This document shows positions 42,553-56,089 of a stretch of 64,000 nucleotides of DNA, piece by piece. The stretch spans positions 3,162,001 to 3,226,000 of the forward strand of contig JBLDXI010000024.1 of the NCBI GenBank assembly GCA_047495785.1, given 5' to 3'. How positions within the stretch are numbered: the first letter of the stretch is position 1; every line of letters begins with the position of its first letter. Below the pieces are notes generated by a model. It did not search any database. It saw only the letters and a program-made list of their open reading frames with translations, and had not been told where the DNA came from. Both the position numbers and the translations under genes were made by a program. The stretch is from Lepidodermella squamata (lineage: Eukaryota > Animalia > Gastrotricha).

Positions 42553-43887
42553 TCATTCAATCATTTTCAAACCGTAAGTTAGGAACACAATGAAGCCAAT
42601 TAAAAAAGAAATTATTCCAGTAATAAGATCAAACATTCTGATCATATTGATGCCGCTTTTCGAATCATGCGAGAAAACTCGTCTTTTTGCTATATCATAG
42701 TTAACTAGAAAACAAGCCGTAAGAGTGTAAATCGTCAAAATCACACAAATCACCATGAAAGCTACAACGATGTTGATCAGATAAACTTCTTGCGCAGTTC
42801 TAGGGATCAACGAGAAAATCATTGTCAAAACAACTGCCATGGATAGGTTAACAGTCACGCAAAATGTTGGTCTATCTGGGTGATGGGGGTCCATCAACAA
42901 CCCAACAATTTGTAGGAGAAACAGCGTTGTAGTCGGGACGAATACATTTCCAACATAATACTGGTATTTCCTTTTAAGAGTCAGATTCAAAGACACGTGA
43001 TGAAACCCGCCCGCGTCCCATGAAGATCCGTTGTAGCTGATAAATGTCCAGATATCATCATCTCGCAAGGGCACATACCCGTCTTGAATACCCACGGAAT
43101 CAATGTTGATGACGACTTCGTTCATCAGGTTTTCGTTCTCGATTTCGAACGTGCATGTGGCGTAGTCGAATGGGAACTTGGTGAAGCTGAATCCAAAGCA
43201 GACCGAAGTCATTGGTCGAACGCAATAGATGAGAAAACGAGGACCATCTCGCCGGAATGGCCGAACTTTTATCAGCTTTTCACTGAAAGGTTCAATCCTA
43301 ACTATAATCTTGATATATTAAAGATTCTAACTTACTCTCTTAAGGGTCGTGATTCTCCGATGGCGTTTACATGTTGCATATCTGGCCACCAGACCGAGTC
43401 GGCTGGAATTTCAAACTGAATGCGGTCCAGAATGCTTTGTGGCAAAGTTTCATAGCCAGGGAGCAGATCTGATCTGATATCTCTACCGCACGGCATGATC
43501 CAAAATGTTCGAAATATCATGGAAACGGTCATGCTTTGAAAAAAGATATAGCAAAGCACGAAAAATTGCTTAAAATACTCACCTCATCGCCAAATCATCA
43601 ATATCGTTAATGTAATTAAGAGCGGAGACTAGGTAACTTTTGATTGGGTCGCTGTAATTATTCGTCCTGAGATGCCACTCGGTTGGGAGATTGTTCGATT
43701 TCGCAATCGGGCATAGGTGGAAAAAGCGATCTCGTAAAATGTTGGCGTAGCTTTGATTGATGCTGAAATCTTCGTCGTCTTTGATAATGAACTGTGCAGA
43801 GACATTTCCGATTGTATCACCGAAAGTCATTGCAGGCATTCTCAAGAGCAAAATGAGGGCGAAGTTCAATATAATCATAATTTCCAT
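42553..43887 (-). CDS. Divergent Cys-loop pentameric ligand-gated ion channel subunit, 3 exons, about 410 aa
   Basis: Exons 43887-43583, 43533-43336, 43282-42553. Signal peptide, INDIDD, VWWPDM, Cys-loop CFGFSFTKFPFDYATC, LKRKYQYY pre-M1, four TM helices, short M3-M4 loop. Confidence 0.88.
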
Positions 43888-44087
43888 TGGAAAATATGTT
43901 ATTGAATAGTTTTTTAAATTGAGAGGAAATAACTGTCAGTTGTCAGTGATAATGTCTTCCGCGCCGCATTGGTTTGATTGCCGTGTTTGCAGAAGGAACA
44001 CAGGAATCGCAAATATCTGCACTGTTATTTGTATCCTTCAGCAATCAATACGAGACATCGATTGCTTCAGGGGACAATCGGAGTCGC

Positions 44088-44120
44088 TATACTCACTATA
44101 TACTCACTATATACTCACTA
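44088..44120. repeat. Short tandem repeat (TATACTCACTA)x3
   Basis: Three direct 11-bp copies about 200 nt upstream of the LGIC start. Confidence 0.8.
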
Positions 44121-44634
44121 TAACGGAAACTAACGTTTCCAGAAATACTTTGCACGAAAGCATGTTAAAATTCACCTCGGGACGTGTTTTTAACCTGATA
44201 TTGAATGATGCTAATGATTTTTCTATCTCGAGCGATGCGCGCATTCATCAACATTTAATCAATGAAAATTGAATATTCAAGTACTCCTTATTCTTTATCA
44301 AACCCAGCAAGGTTTTCTGATATCTAGATACAGGCAGAAGATGCTCGCGAATTCACATGCTTTTATCTCTTAAGAGGGCTTCATTGGCAAACAAAATGAA
44401 GTATGGCAGCGAATACGTGAAGACAGGCAATGAAAATACATATCTGCTTTTTACGAAAAACTTTTAGCAAGAATTTGAGTTTTCCAAAAAAATATTTCAT
44501 GATTATAGGGCTCTTTGCAGATTGCTTCCTTAAAATTGCAAAACAAAAATTATGGAATATTGATTTTACATTAACTTTATTTCAATCATCCCAGAATTCG
44601 AAAATTTATTTGTCACATTGTGTGTATAATCGAG

Positions 44635-45618
44635 TTAATGACTTCCAGCTTGAGCATGCGGATAGTCCGGATGCTCCTTGATACCAGGCAGGCTGACCCA
44701 ACTGAGACGAGTATCCAAGTCCAAAGCAGCAATCGTTTTCATTTCTTCGTCGCTAAGCTCGAAGTCAAACACATTAATGTTTTCAGCAATACGCGATGGC
44801 GTTACACTCTTGGGAATGACGTAGACGCCGCGTTGAATCTGCCAGCGCAGAATAACCTGAGCCGCGTTCTTGCTATGGTTCCGGGCAATCTCGTTAAGGG
44901 TACCATCTTCCAACCAATTTTTGCTACCCATAGACTGACCATTCGGCATCATTGGCGACCCAAATTGGCTGTAGGCAGTGATAGCAATACCCTGCTTCTG
45001 GCAATAATCGATCAGCTTCGTGTTCTGGAACCCTGGGTGCGACTCGATTTGGTTCATCGCTGGTTTGACCGTGGCGACCTTCAACACTCTAGCGACTTGG
45101 GCAATGTTCATATTGGATACTCCGATTGACTTAGCCAAGCCCAATTTAACGCATTGCTCCATCGCTCCCCAAGTATCTTCGATCTTCGTTTTCAAGTCCA
45201 GGGCGACCTTCCCTTCAGCTGTGAAAGCTACAGGTTGGCCGGGTGGAGGCGGCTGCATCGCAGCAGGGAAGTGCATCAAGTAAAGGTCAACGTAGTTAGT
45301 CTTCAGCCGCTTAAGCTGGCCCTTCAGGGTTTCGACAACCAAATCCGGTCTAGCTTGAGTTGGGAATAGCTTAGTCGTCAGGAAAATGTCGCTACGCTTC
45401 ACTTCCCCAGACCGGTAGAGTTCCTCAAGGGTTTCGCCGATGATATGCTCGTTCTCGTAGGCATAGGCAGTGTCGATGTGACGGTAGCCAGCAGCAATAG
45501 CGGCTTTGAGACCGTTTTTCAATTCATCGGCGTTTTTCGACAGGTAAGTGCCGTAGCCAACAAGCGGGCACTGTTGGCCAGACCAGGCGAGGAGCTTTCC
45601 GACTCGAACTGATGACAT
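44635..45618 (-). CDS. Aldo-keto reductase, intronless, paralogue of the nested AKR
   Basis: GYRHIDTAYAYENE, TTKL, LMHFP, IGVSN, IPKS. Shares the tail PG.KEHP.YPH..AGS with 14239-15204. Confidence 0.95.
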   Translation of the reverse strand: MSSVRVGKLLAWSGQQCPLVGYGTYLSKNADELKNGLKAAIAAGYRHIDTAYAYENEHIIGETLEELYRSGEVKRSDIFLTTKLFPTQARPDLVVETLKGQLKRLKTNYVDLYLMHFPAAMQPPPPGQPVAFTAEGKVALDLKTKIEDTWGAMEQCVKLGLAKSIGVSNMNIAQVARVLKVATVKPAMNQIESHPGFQNTKLIDYCQKQGIAITAYSQFGSPMMPNGQSMGSKNWLEDGTLNEIARNHSKNAAQVILRWQIQRGVYVIPKSVTPSRIAENINVFDFELSDEEMKTIAALDLDTRLSWVSLPGIKEHPDYPHAQAGSH

Positions 45619-46569
45619 CTTTAACTGCTAAAAAATGGCCTTCTTTTTGGAAATGTTGCAAGGTTTTTTCGGACTTGCGATAAAGAAAACGTGCTGCGTG
45701 GTAAGAGTCAGTAAAATGGGTGAAATCAGCATTGGTAGGTTCAATTCAAGATTAGAATACAGCGGCCGGTCTAACGTTTGCTTCTGATAACATTTCAACC
45801 ATTTGTTCCAGATAAATTTGTGCCGAAAATGAAAAAGGACGAAATTTAGGCTTCAGCAAAAAAATATTATGAGAGTCTAATCACATGAGAGTCTTGGATG
45901 GCAGTTAAACGCAGATTTGGAAGTGATCTCAATTTCAATTTCCATTTTTTGTTTTTTTCAACAAAATGTATCCTGTCATTGATTTTCAGTAATTTTCCAC
46001 ATTGGGACTTATCGAGGCACTCTTTCGGTAAGATCCGAGCCATTTATCGTTGGACTCTGTCTGCTCTATGTTCTAGTAGTCAATAATTGATGAAGACATC
46101 AACCATTCCAAATATTGATTGAAGGCGTATTTTCCGCCATAAAAATCGATGCACCGAGTAAGCCAGTCTATGCTCTGTTTCCAGTCAAATAAACTGTAAT
46201 ACGTGCAAAACTTACAGCAGTCTATCCAAAATGTTGTAAAAATTATCGGCAACGTTTGTTTGCTGCGTCACCCCGTCACTCTTTCCTACTTTTTGATTTT
46301 CCAATTATGGAATGTAGGCTTTCAATTAAAATTTTGATTGCTGAAAAATGCCACCTGGCGCAGGGGGCGAGAGCGTACCGGATTTGGAGGAGTGTGAAGC
46401 TGGGGGTACGCATGAAGAAACAACTGCTGAAGACGGCTCAACGGTATGCTCCAAGTGTGGCAAAACGATCCCAAAGTCGTGACCTCATTCTAATTATTTA
46501 GCAAAATTAAAAAAATAGCTATAGTTCACAATAAAGAGACTCTTTGTTTCATTTGTAAAAAGCGGCCTT

Positions 46570-49500
46570 TCAATGACGTGTCAAGTTTTCAGCAGTGGTA
46601 CCACTGCTGCTGTTATCGTTATTGAAGGAAACGATCGAAGTTTTGTTAGACCTGCTTTGCCACGAGTCGTTTGAAGCATCATTTCTAACAAGTTCCGATA
46701 GAAACTTCCTTTATACTTCAATTGGAAACAACTTACGATTGGCCCTCTAGAGCACCATACATTCCGAATGCAATCAAAGAGCTCAGCATTCCGAAAAGCA
46801 GGTAGATTCCAAGGAAGAACCAAAAAGCATTCTATTATTGAACCACCTTACAATTTATTCAAAAATGTGTTTGCGAAATCCTTACCATCGCCCCGACAAG
46901 TTCGCCACAGGCAAAGCCATCGGCAATCCCGTCGTACAAAGCATAAACCGGGTACAAATGACCAACATCTTTCGTCAGGCCATTGAACAAGTTGTCGATT
47001 ATCATCCTTAGCACATAGCTGATTTCATCTTTCAGCAAATTGATAAGCTGCTGGAAGTAAGCCTCGACCCCAGTGAAAATCGCAACTGTATCATCCCGCT
47101 TTTGCTGCAGCTCAGATAGGGCGTCGGTTAACCCTCCTAGCGAAGCCACAAAAATCGGTAGCTGAATTAGGAAATCACTAAGGGCGACTTTGTATTGCTG
47201 GGCGGACGCTAGATCGGGGGAACTAGCCATATTTCCGAAATTTGACGACATAGCCATGCTGTTGATCATGCAAGTTGTGCATGTTTTGAGGGTTTCATTC
47301 ATTCGAGAGGCTGCGTATAAATCGACTCCATTTATCACCGTTTGAAAATAGCCGTAACTAGATGAGACTTTTGTCATGTTAGCCATGTATTGCCGAAGCA
47401 CCGGGGTGTAAACATTGAGAGAAGCACTAAGTTTCAGGTATTTCAACTCCTTCAATTCCTTCACGAAAGTTGTGTTTTCCAATCGAAGGAATTCATTCAG
47501 CGTCATGTCATCAGCCGCTGCTCGGAAGACGTCGGCAATTTTGAAATTCAGCAGTTTTGGGTCGATAGAGTCAACCAGTTTCCCGATGCAATTCGGCAGC
47601 ACTTTCCTGACAAAGTCTTTACCGAGGATTTGGTCGAATTCGGCGTAATCGTCGTTGCGTATGGTCTTGCATAGAGCTTTATCGAGGAAACCGCCAGCAT
47701 AAAAATGGCCAATAGCCAACAAACAGAGAAGAGGGCCAGCAAAGGCAACGTAAATGCTTGCGCCACTACAAAAAATATGAAAAAAATTTAAAATTTTGAA
47801 TTCAAGTCGGAAAGTTTAGATGCAGGATTAAATTAGGATCAAAACTTTCATATAAAAGGTTCTACTTTCAGAAGAAACTTACGCTACTAAGAACCCACAT
47901 CCTGCTTTCCTCAGGCGAGACGGTGATCTAGTGCGGAGTCTTTGATCCAGCGAACTGGAAGATTTCATCCCAAGGTGAATCAAGAGGCAAATGCAGCCAA
48001 TAACCATTAGGGCTAAGCTCACCGCTGCCACTATAAGCAGGACAATAGTAACAATATGGCGGTAAAAGAAGGCCCACAGAATCTGGTAGATCACATCCCA
48101 AGACGGCGAAGCATTTTGCGGCTCTGGGGTTGTCGTCGGCTGAAAACCCGAGCCGTTCCCGATGGGCATAATTATGCCAGAGAAATTGAAAAACTCAACG
48201 CCGTTAACTATTATTGTCGTGGGAGGGGGTGGAATGTCCTCGCAAGATCCGCCATTGATCACCGGAGAGACTCTTTTTTCATACCAACCAGTGTAGTAGC
48301 TCACAACGCTATTAAAATCCGCCATGAGTGAATCTTTCAGCCCCGTAAGTTGAGCAGTTAACGCTCGCTGATCAACAGCTATTGAGCCGAATTTAACTGA
48401 AGCCAAGTCTTCATACATTTTGTTTAAGGTTGCGAATGTGTTATTGACTCGGTTGAAGTTGTAGAGCCGATAAATTGCGTCATTGCCGTAGTCATTCGTA
48501 AAAGCCCAGTTTGAAGGTGGATTAGGAAAAACGCAACTTTCGCAAGACGGGCTACTGGAGTTTCGGATACAGGCCAAACTATTTTGAGCGATATTGCGGC
48601 ACAAATTGCTTTGAATCGACCGTACCTGACCAGGGTTGTTCCTCCACTGAGAGATATTCGCGTCTAATTTCGCCATTTTCGCTATAATCGGGTCGATTTC
48701 GTTGAGTCGGTTCTCAATCGGTCGTAGCACCGCACTGTCCCAAGTGAAAGCTAGGAAAATTGCGCTCATAGCAGAGGATTTTTGCGCCAACTCTAGAACA
48801 GTGCCCATATCATTGAAAATCCCTCCAAGAGACTCTAAGGCTTTAAGGCCGAATTCCAGTTTCCCGCTCAGATCTTGCATGATGACACTACCGACGTTGC
48901 TAAAATCGCCGGTAAATCCGTTGATGATGATGTCAATGTCTGCGTAGGCGGAACTTATAACCGAGGAAGTTCGATTTAGGGAATAAGTGAAAGAATCATT
49001 GAAATAAAACGATCCTCCCAGGCCAAAACCGCCGAATAGGCAAAATACGATAATAATGACTGCCATAGCGATGTTGCAGTTTGTTGGCGTGTCAGAGACT
49101 TCAACAGGGGCCGAAGAAGTGAAACTCGGGAATTTATTGAAGTTTTTAGGCGAAAATTTGCTGTAGCCATTGCTTTGGCTCAGCTGAGCTTTTGTTAGCA
49201 AATCTGGGTTGTAGCCACCGCGAGTTCTCCTTGTTTGTTGGCACCGTTTTGCGCCGTAGTAGATGAGGCCGGCTGATAGGGGGATTACGATGATGATCAT
49301 GATTAGACTGAAAATTCCGATGGCGAGGAAGCCGCGGCAATTCAGGATTGCGTCGACTGTTGTTGGGGTGATTCTTGATAGATCGCCGGAATCAATGACA
49401 TCTTTGACGACTCTCCTCACGAAATCTATTAGGAAATGGAATGCAAAATAGAGTAAACTCAGGATAGACTGACTTCCTAAGACCCTAATCCCAGTTTCGG

Positions 49501-49875
49501 AATTTTTTGAATTCCCTAATTGGAGAACCTCCTAGCGTGATAAATGCTTTATTTCTCGCAGAACGGAAACGACTGAAAGTTGTTCGAAAAAGCACATGTT
49601 TTGGAATCCAATTCTGAAGTATTCAAAGCCAAACACTTACCTCTTGGCACAGTGCTTGGTTCAGCTGCTTCGATCACCGAGCTGACAAATCTGTATAGAT
49701 TTGGCCATGAAGCTATCGGACTGTAGCCCTCCAACTGAAGCGGCGGTCTTGCAGTTTTTTGCGCGAAGTTGTACGGCGGAATCGATATGGTCCAATCCGG
49801 GCTTAGCGTATTACCATTCATCGATACCGCCGGCGCTCTCAGCACATCCTTTAACGCGTTAGGAAGTGTTGCCAT
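46570..49875 (-). CDS. Prominin-like 5-TM glycoprotein, copy 1, 5 coding exons
   Basis: Exons 49875-49641, 49425-47883, 47765-46886, 46831-46737, 46684-46570. Five hydrophobic segments with two large helical, N-glycosylation-rich loops. GG..K..C after TM4; DVG...PV and C.ELVGAMNAFWFFLG before TM5, as in prominins. Confidence 0.72.
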
Positions 49876-50295
49876 AACTATTTTACGGCTTAGCAGTTGT
49901 TTTTTTCATTGATGCAACAGTAGTACTCCATTCATTGAAGCGGCGGAGGGGTGATAGAAAGTAATTAACGCCCATTGTGAGTAGGTGAGCTGCTGCCCTC
50001 AGCTGGTGTATTTCGCGTGGTTGTGGTTTAGCTCAGACAGGTCACCCCTTATGATACTCATAAACAATGCAAGCTGTCATCAAGAAAGATGCGTTGTTAT
50101 GCTAGCATCAAGTGCTTGATAAGCGACATTTTATGATGAGCAGAAGCGTTTTTTTGTTTAGTTTCTCTCCAGCGCATTGGGTTTTTTCTTCTTTTGATGC
50201 GAATGTAAAGCCGATTATATCTCAATGATACACTTTTTGAGTTGTTGTCGAGAAAAATACTTTTTTATTTCTATAAAATGAGCAGATGAAAGGAG

Positions 50296-53200
50296 CTAAA
50301 CAACGGTAGCTTTTTCGTAGCCATCTTCTTCTTCTTCTTCTTCTTTTTCGTCGCTTTTGATTGAGTATATACCAGAGTCGTCGTTCTTGCCAGCGCGGCT
50401 CAATCGCCACATTAACTTGGGCGGTTCATTTGAAGGAGCGTCATTTCTGTGAAAAAAGGAAACTTGAAATAAAACTATAGGAAGTAGAAGTAGTAAAGTA
50501 CCTATAGCTTTTTAGGGCTCCGTATGTTGCGAATAATAGCAATGAGGAAACAGTTGCAAAAAGCTCGAAGATTCCGGCGAAAAACCAGAACGCATTCTAT
50601 ACCGATCAAAAAAGAAACGTTGTAACAGAATCCTTTTGGATTTTTGGAGCTTCTCGGGTTGCAAATAAGAGATTCCTCTGAACCACTCCATTCTGACTGA
50701 AATTCTGTATGTACCCATTGCAGTGAGAATGAGGGGTATCGCACCCCCCATTTCGAGCGATCCCGGCAGAATAACCCAAAGAACAGGTGAGGATACCCTT
50801 TAGTCCAGAACAGACGCGAAGTACTAGGAACTAGGATCCACGAGCTATGGGGTATGTTCGGGCCCAAATTGTATGATCAAAGGGCCCGCGGTGTTTCTTT
50901 GGGGGGTTTCCACTTTGGCCTTCAGAACGGAGGGGTAAGATATCACCCATCGCCCCCGGTGCTTCGCGCTCTGGTCCAGAAATTTGTGTCGCATTGCCCT
51001 GTTCAAAGACTTCAGGGATTTTTAAGGATTCTACTTCGCACACTGGCCCTGAAAATGAATACTTTTGAACCTTGATAAATTGAGAGCCTAGTTATGTATC
51101 TGACAAGCTAAGCGACAACCATTTCCATGAACATACTTACCATGGAACCGATGAGTTCGATGCAAGCATAGTCTTTAGCTAGGCCATGGTAAAGCTTGTA
51201 AGCCGGTCCCATGTGCCCAATATCCTTCGAAATCCCGTTGAACAGCTCATCAAGCAGCAAATCAATGATGTAAACAATTTCCTGCCGAACAAGCTTGACA
51301 ACCGACACGAAATACTGCTCAACTTCCTGCATTACCACCAGTGTTTCGTCCTTTCTATCCATAGCGAAACCAAATCCAGCTATCAGCGAATCAACATTGG
51401 CGTAGAGAAGCGATATTTGCTTCAGGAATTCAGTCATTGTTAACCGGAAATTTTGAGCAAAAGCTAATTGTTGGCTAATCACTGGGTTATTCGCATTTCT
51501 CGACGTCGCGATGTTTGTTATCAAACAACTTGTGCAGGTTTTCAGGGTATTGTTGAGCGCCAGAGATTCGTCCAAGTCCACTCCGTTTAGGATACCCTGT
51601 AGATAGCCTTGTGATGCTGTTAGACGAGTTAAATTGCTCAAATAGGCAAGAGTTGCGTTGTTGACGATTTTCAGCTGAGTTTTAACGTCAAAATACTTCA
51701 AAGTTCGAACATCATCGACAAACGTTGTGTTCTCCAGCCGGAGAAATTGATTGATGGTCAAGTCTTCACGAGCAGCTTCGATCAGGGCTGGAATCGATAG
51801 TCGATCGAAGAAATCTGCATCGATTGATTTGATCAGTTTTCCTACGCAGTGCGGTACGACTCGTTCGACAAATCTGTCGCCGAGGATTCGGTCGAATTCG
51901 GCGTAGTTTTCAGTTCGAATCGTGTGGCAGACTGATTTTTCGACAAATCCACCGGCCAGGAAGTGGGCGATCATGATGAGGATGAGAAGAGGCCCGACAA
52001 ATGCAACATGAATCACTGCACCCCTGAATAATAATCATAGCGAAAAGTGGTTATAAAAATATTATTGCATTGCTAATGAGAGAATTCAGAGCTTGAAAAA
52101 TAATTAGCATGATTTTACGTGATAAACTAAGGAATTCGATTGGGGAGAAATTGGAAGATTTAACCAAATTTTCGAAATCTCGGTACTTCGCAGGGTCCTT
52201 TCTAAAATGTGATGGGCGTGCAAGGGATCACTGATAATTTAATTTTCCAGGCCTAAATGTCCCTTTTCGAGGTGAATGAAAACCGGAGAATGTGTCCCCA
52301 TTCGTTTAAATAATGCCGAAAATTACCGAAACAGTTACCGTCGGGTATTTCCGGGTTTTCTACAGTAGCTTTGGTATTTCTTCTGTGAACCCACAGAAAA
52401 AGGATCAGGTTTAATTCTGGAGCTCAAATTTTCGGAAAATAATATAATTAGAAATTATCATTAAATTTTCTAATTATTACATTTTTAGATTTTCAGAAAT
52501 ATTCAATGAATTACTAGCCAGAGAGTTTCACTCTATTTGAACCATTTCGGTTCTATGAATTCCCCAAATTTTTTAGTTGGCTATTTTGCACATTGTATAA
52601 TAGGGAAAGCTTTTGTCTTTAATTTGCTGCATATAAAACATCACACTTACGATATGACGAATTTTCTGCCGATTTTTCCCAATTTTTCATGATTATTCTC
52701 CTGGCCAAGCTCGTTCGAAAACTGGTAGAATATGATCAAACACGCCGCTCCAGCAACCATCAGCACCAAGCTAACAACACCGAGCGACATTAAAATAATC
52801 GCAATAACATGCCGAATCGTCGCTCCTTTGTCGATTTCATCGTAAATCGCCGAATTCTCCGACTTATTCACCGGCACTTCGACTGAGGACGAAGCTAAAG
52901 CAGGCAACATTTGAATCGGCGGAATTGCCGTAGTCGTAAAAGCTGGTTCAGCATCCAGCTTCTTCTCATCACTCGGACTCCCGAATAATGTGAAGTTAAT
53001 TTTCGTAAAATTCCCATCGCAATTCGTGCCTTTGATAACCGGCTCCAAATACTGCGCATACCAGGTCAAATAGTAATCAACCAAAGTTGAAACGTCCGCG
53101 CTCAAGGAATCCTGAAGGCCACCCAATTTCGCCAGCAAAATGTCCTGGCTAACACTGATATTGCTGAACTGAACCCTGTTAAACTCATCGAATTGCCTTT

Positions 53201-55547
53201 TCAACGTGAAAAATACATTTTTCATCCTATCGATGTTGAACTCTCGAGTTGCGAAAAATTTGACGTTGTTCGAATCCGGCGCGAAATCAGGGATAATACA
53301 TGACTGGCAATTCAGGGTCGAATTTCGTTGGCAGGTCCCAGAAAGGACGGTTGAGCATAGGCTACTCTTAGCGAACTGTAAATCGACTTCATTTTTTCGA
53401 AAATTCGTCAAATTCGAGTTTTGCCTCGATAATTCGCTCATAGCTCGCGTTGCAGCGTCGAGGGAACTCGCTATAGGTCGAATTACGTTGATACTCCAGC
53501 CGAAAGCGGCTTGAAACAACTGGATTGCTTTTGATTTGTCCGCTAAATCGATGACAGTGTCGAGATTTGTGACAGACCCGGTGAAGCCAGCTAGTACTTT
53601 CATTCCGAAATCTTTTTTCGCATTCATATCGGCTTGAAGGACGGAGACCATGACGTCGAAATCAGTCTTGAAGCCAGCAATGATTTGGGAAACGTCCGAA
53701 ATAGTATCATCGACGATGTATCTTGACCGTTTTAGCGAGTAAGTGAATGAATCATTGAAGTAGAACGACGCTCCGAGTCCGAAAAGAGCGAAAAAGCAGA
53801 AAATAATTGCTGAGATTGAAATAGCTGTCAGTGAGTTTGAGTATTTTTTCGATCGTTTAAATTGAGTGGTGTTGTTGTCTGAGGTCCAGACTGTGGCTAG
53901 GAATTCCGGGGTTTGTTGGTGGGAGGAAAGAGATTTTTTGTAGTATTTTTTGGTGAAAAAGTAGATCAATCCAGCGGCGAGAGGTACGATGATGAAACTT
54001 ATGATGAGGCTGGCTATCGTGATTCCCAACAAGGCGTCGCAGTCTAGTATTGCCTGAAGTTGAAGAGGACATGAATTAGAAAACGCGAACAAAACCTTAA
54101 CAAAACTGGGTCTCCTTTAATTAATTCGATGGATTTCTTAATTTCTGATTTTTTTAATTGCGATAAAATGTTTTTAACACCTTCGAAACGGTGTAGAAAT
54201 TTAAATTGAGATTTCCAATTTTTGTAACTTCAATTTTGAAATTTTAAAATTTGGTTTTAAATATTTTGAATTTTTGAAATTTTCAAGCTTACTTATTTTT
54301 CAACTTAAAGATTTTTTTAATCAGCGAGGAATAATCTTTACCAAGCTTTCAGAAAATAAAAAAATCAGCTTCACTCGTATGGTTGTACGACTTTTCAGCA
54401 GTGACATTTCAGTAAATGAGGGTCAAATCATCACTGACTTTTCATCAGTGACTAATGAGCAGTGACATTTGAGCTGCGACATTTGCGCAGTGACAAATAA
54501 TCAGTGACAAGTCAGAAGTGATTTTTTTAATTTATCCTATATTTTTTCAAATTTATTATTTATATCTCAGTGTCATTTGCGCAGTGACATTTCAGCGGAG
54601 ACATTTCATCAACAGAAATTCAGCAGGGGGGCCATGCGCTGCATTAAAGTTGAGCTAAAAAATTGCCCGATAAGTTCAATGCCCGAGAATAATAATTAAA
54701 AATTGATGAAGTGTCACTTGCTCATTTGTCACTGCTGATTAGACCCCCGTTTTCTGAAGTGTCACTGCTGAAAAGTCTGACCACGCTGCAAAATTTCCTA
54801 TTTTTGCCTGATTTTTGGCAATTTAAAATTTGCCTCGCCAGCATTAGACCGTTAGCGGTTAATTTTGGATGCTCCCGCATTAGCTTCAATATTCACGCTA
54901 AGGAAATATAGGTCAACGTCTGAATAAAAAGGAAGATCATCGGTCAAATTGCGAAAATGAGGCAAAAATAGACCAACAAAAATCGAGAATGAGGTCACCT
55001 AATTTTAGATTATTGAAAGAAGCTGTTTTTAACTTGCCAATAAAAATTTTGGCAATCGAAGGAGATCGAAAATAAAATGTGAAAAAATCAGGATAAATTC
55101 CAATTAAATATTGGAAATTTAAACAAATTTTGAGAACAGTTTTATTCTCTAAATTATTAGTACTTTTCGATAAAATTATCAGTATAGCCGAGGGAACGTA
55201 ATTCCGTTACAACTTGCCTCTTCAACATCCTCAGCTATCGCCGTAGTGTTTCCCGTATTAACAGCCTCGATCGCCACTTTTCCTATCATCCTAGCCGGTT
55301 CCTCGGATTTTTCGACCGTATCGATGATTCTCGCCAAAAATGTGTATAGCCTCGGCCAAGCAGCAGCCGGCTCGTAGCCCTCGAGTTTCAGCGTCTGAGC
55401 CTCGGCCAGTCGCGATTTAGCTACGCCAAAGTCATAAGGCGGCAGTTCTACCGTCCAGTCCGGGTACAGCCGGTTGCCCTTAACGTTGATGTAAGGCGCT
55501 GGTAGGACGTCTTCAAGGCTGCTCGGGAACGATTTCTCCGCCTCCAT
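50296..55547 (-). CDS. Prominin-like 5-TM glycoprotein, copy 2, 5 coding exons
   Basis: Exons 55547-55218, 54053-52651, 52023-51141, 50596-50502, 50446-50296. Colinear with copy 1 (SFYFNDSFTYSL, FLRLENTTFV, MNAFWFF). Intron 1 is GC-AG. Ends EEEEEDGYEKATVV. Confidence 0.72.
54381..54785. mobile_element. Foldback/MITE-like element in prominin-2 intron 1
   Basis: About 50-bp imperfect inverted repeats: left gacttttcagcagtgacatttcag from 54389; right ctgaagtgtcactgctgaaaagtc ending 54777. Built from ~14-bp units. No clear TSD, so ends are approximate. Confidence 0.65.
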
Positions 55548-56089
55548 AACTATGTTTTATCTCGTGAGATTATCGAGACGTGAAAGTCGACCTTACATTT
55601 AACCTGTTGGGCAATGCTACACACATATACACATGAACGCGTCATTTTTTTTCTCGTCATCATTCATAATATTATAAAGAACCTTGATGCTGCGTGTGCT
55701 GCTTCATGTCATTTTCTTGTTAAGCGAATTATTCACCGTGTGAACACATGCGGTTAACGAGTATATGAAAGCATTTGCGTACGTGTTTTTTCAACCAAGG
55801 TATCCAAGAATAGTGAAACAAAGGTGGATACTCGGGAAAAGAACCTCTTTGGGACTGGAAAAATGGCAAAATTTAACACCTGGAACACAGCCAAAATCGT
55901 CAATTGCTATTGAATCTCAGTTGAAAGTCGAGGCTGTTTGCACTGCATTTGAAGAGCTAAAAATGACATAAAGAAGAACCTTAGCCACTCCAGCTCGTTA
56001 GAACCTCCGCATGCCATGAATGCAAACAACTGATGATGAGAACTTGAAAATAACGAATCAGTATTGCACATTTTCTTCGAAGCTAATTT

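Noticed and set aside
50324-50344. (CTT)n microsatellite
   Set aside because: It simply encodes the poly-Glu run in the prominin-2 last exon.
50599-51140. GC-richer prominin-2 intron with short ORFs and small hairpins as a mobile element or nested gene
   Set aside because: No terminal repeats, TSD or recognisable protein motif could be established.
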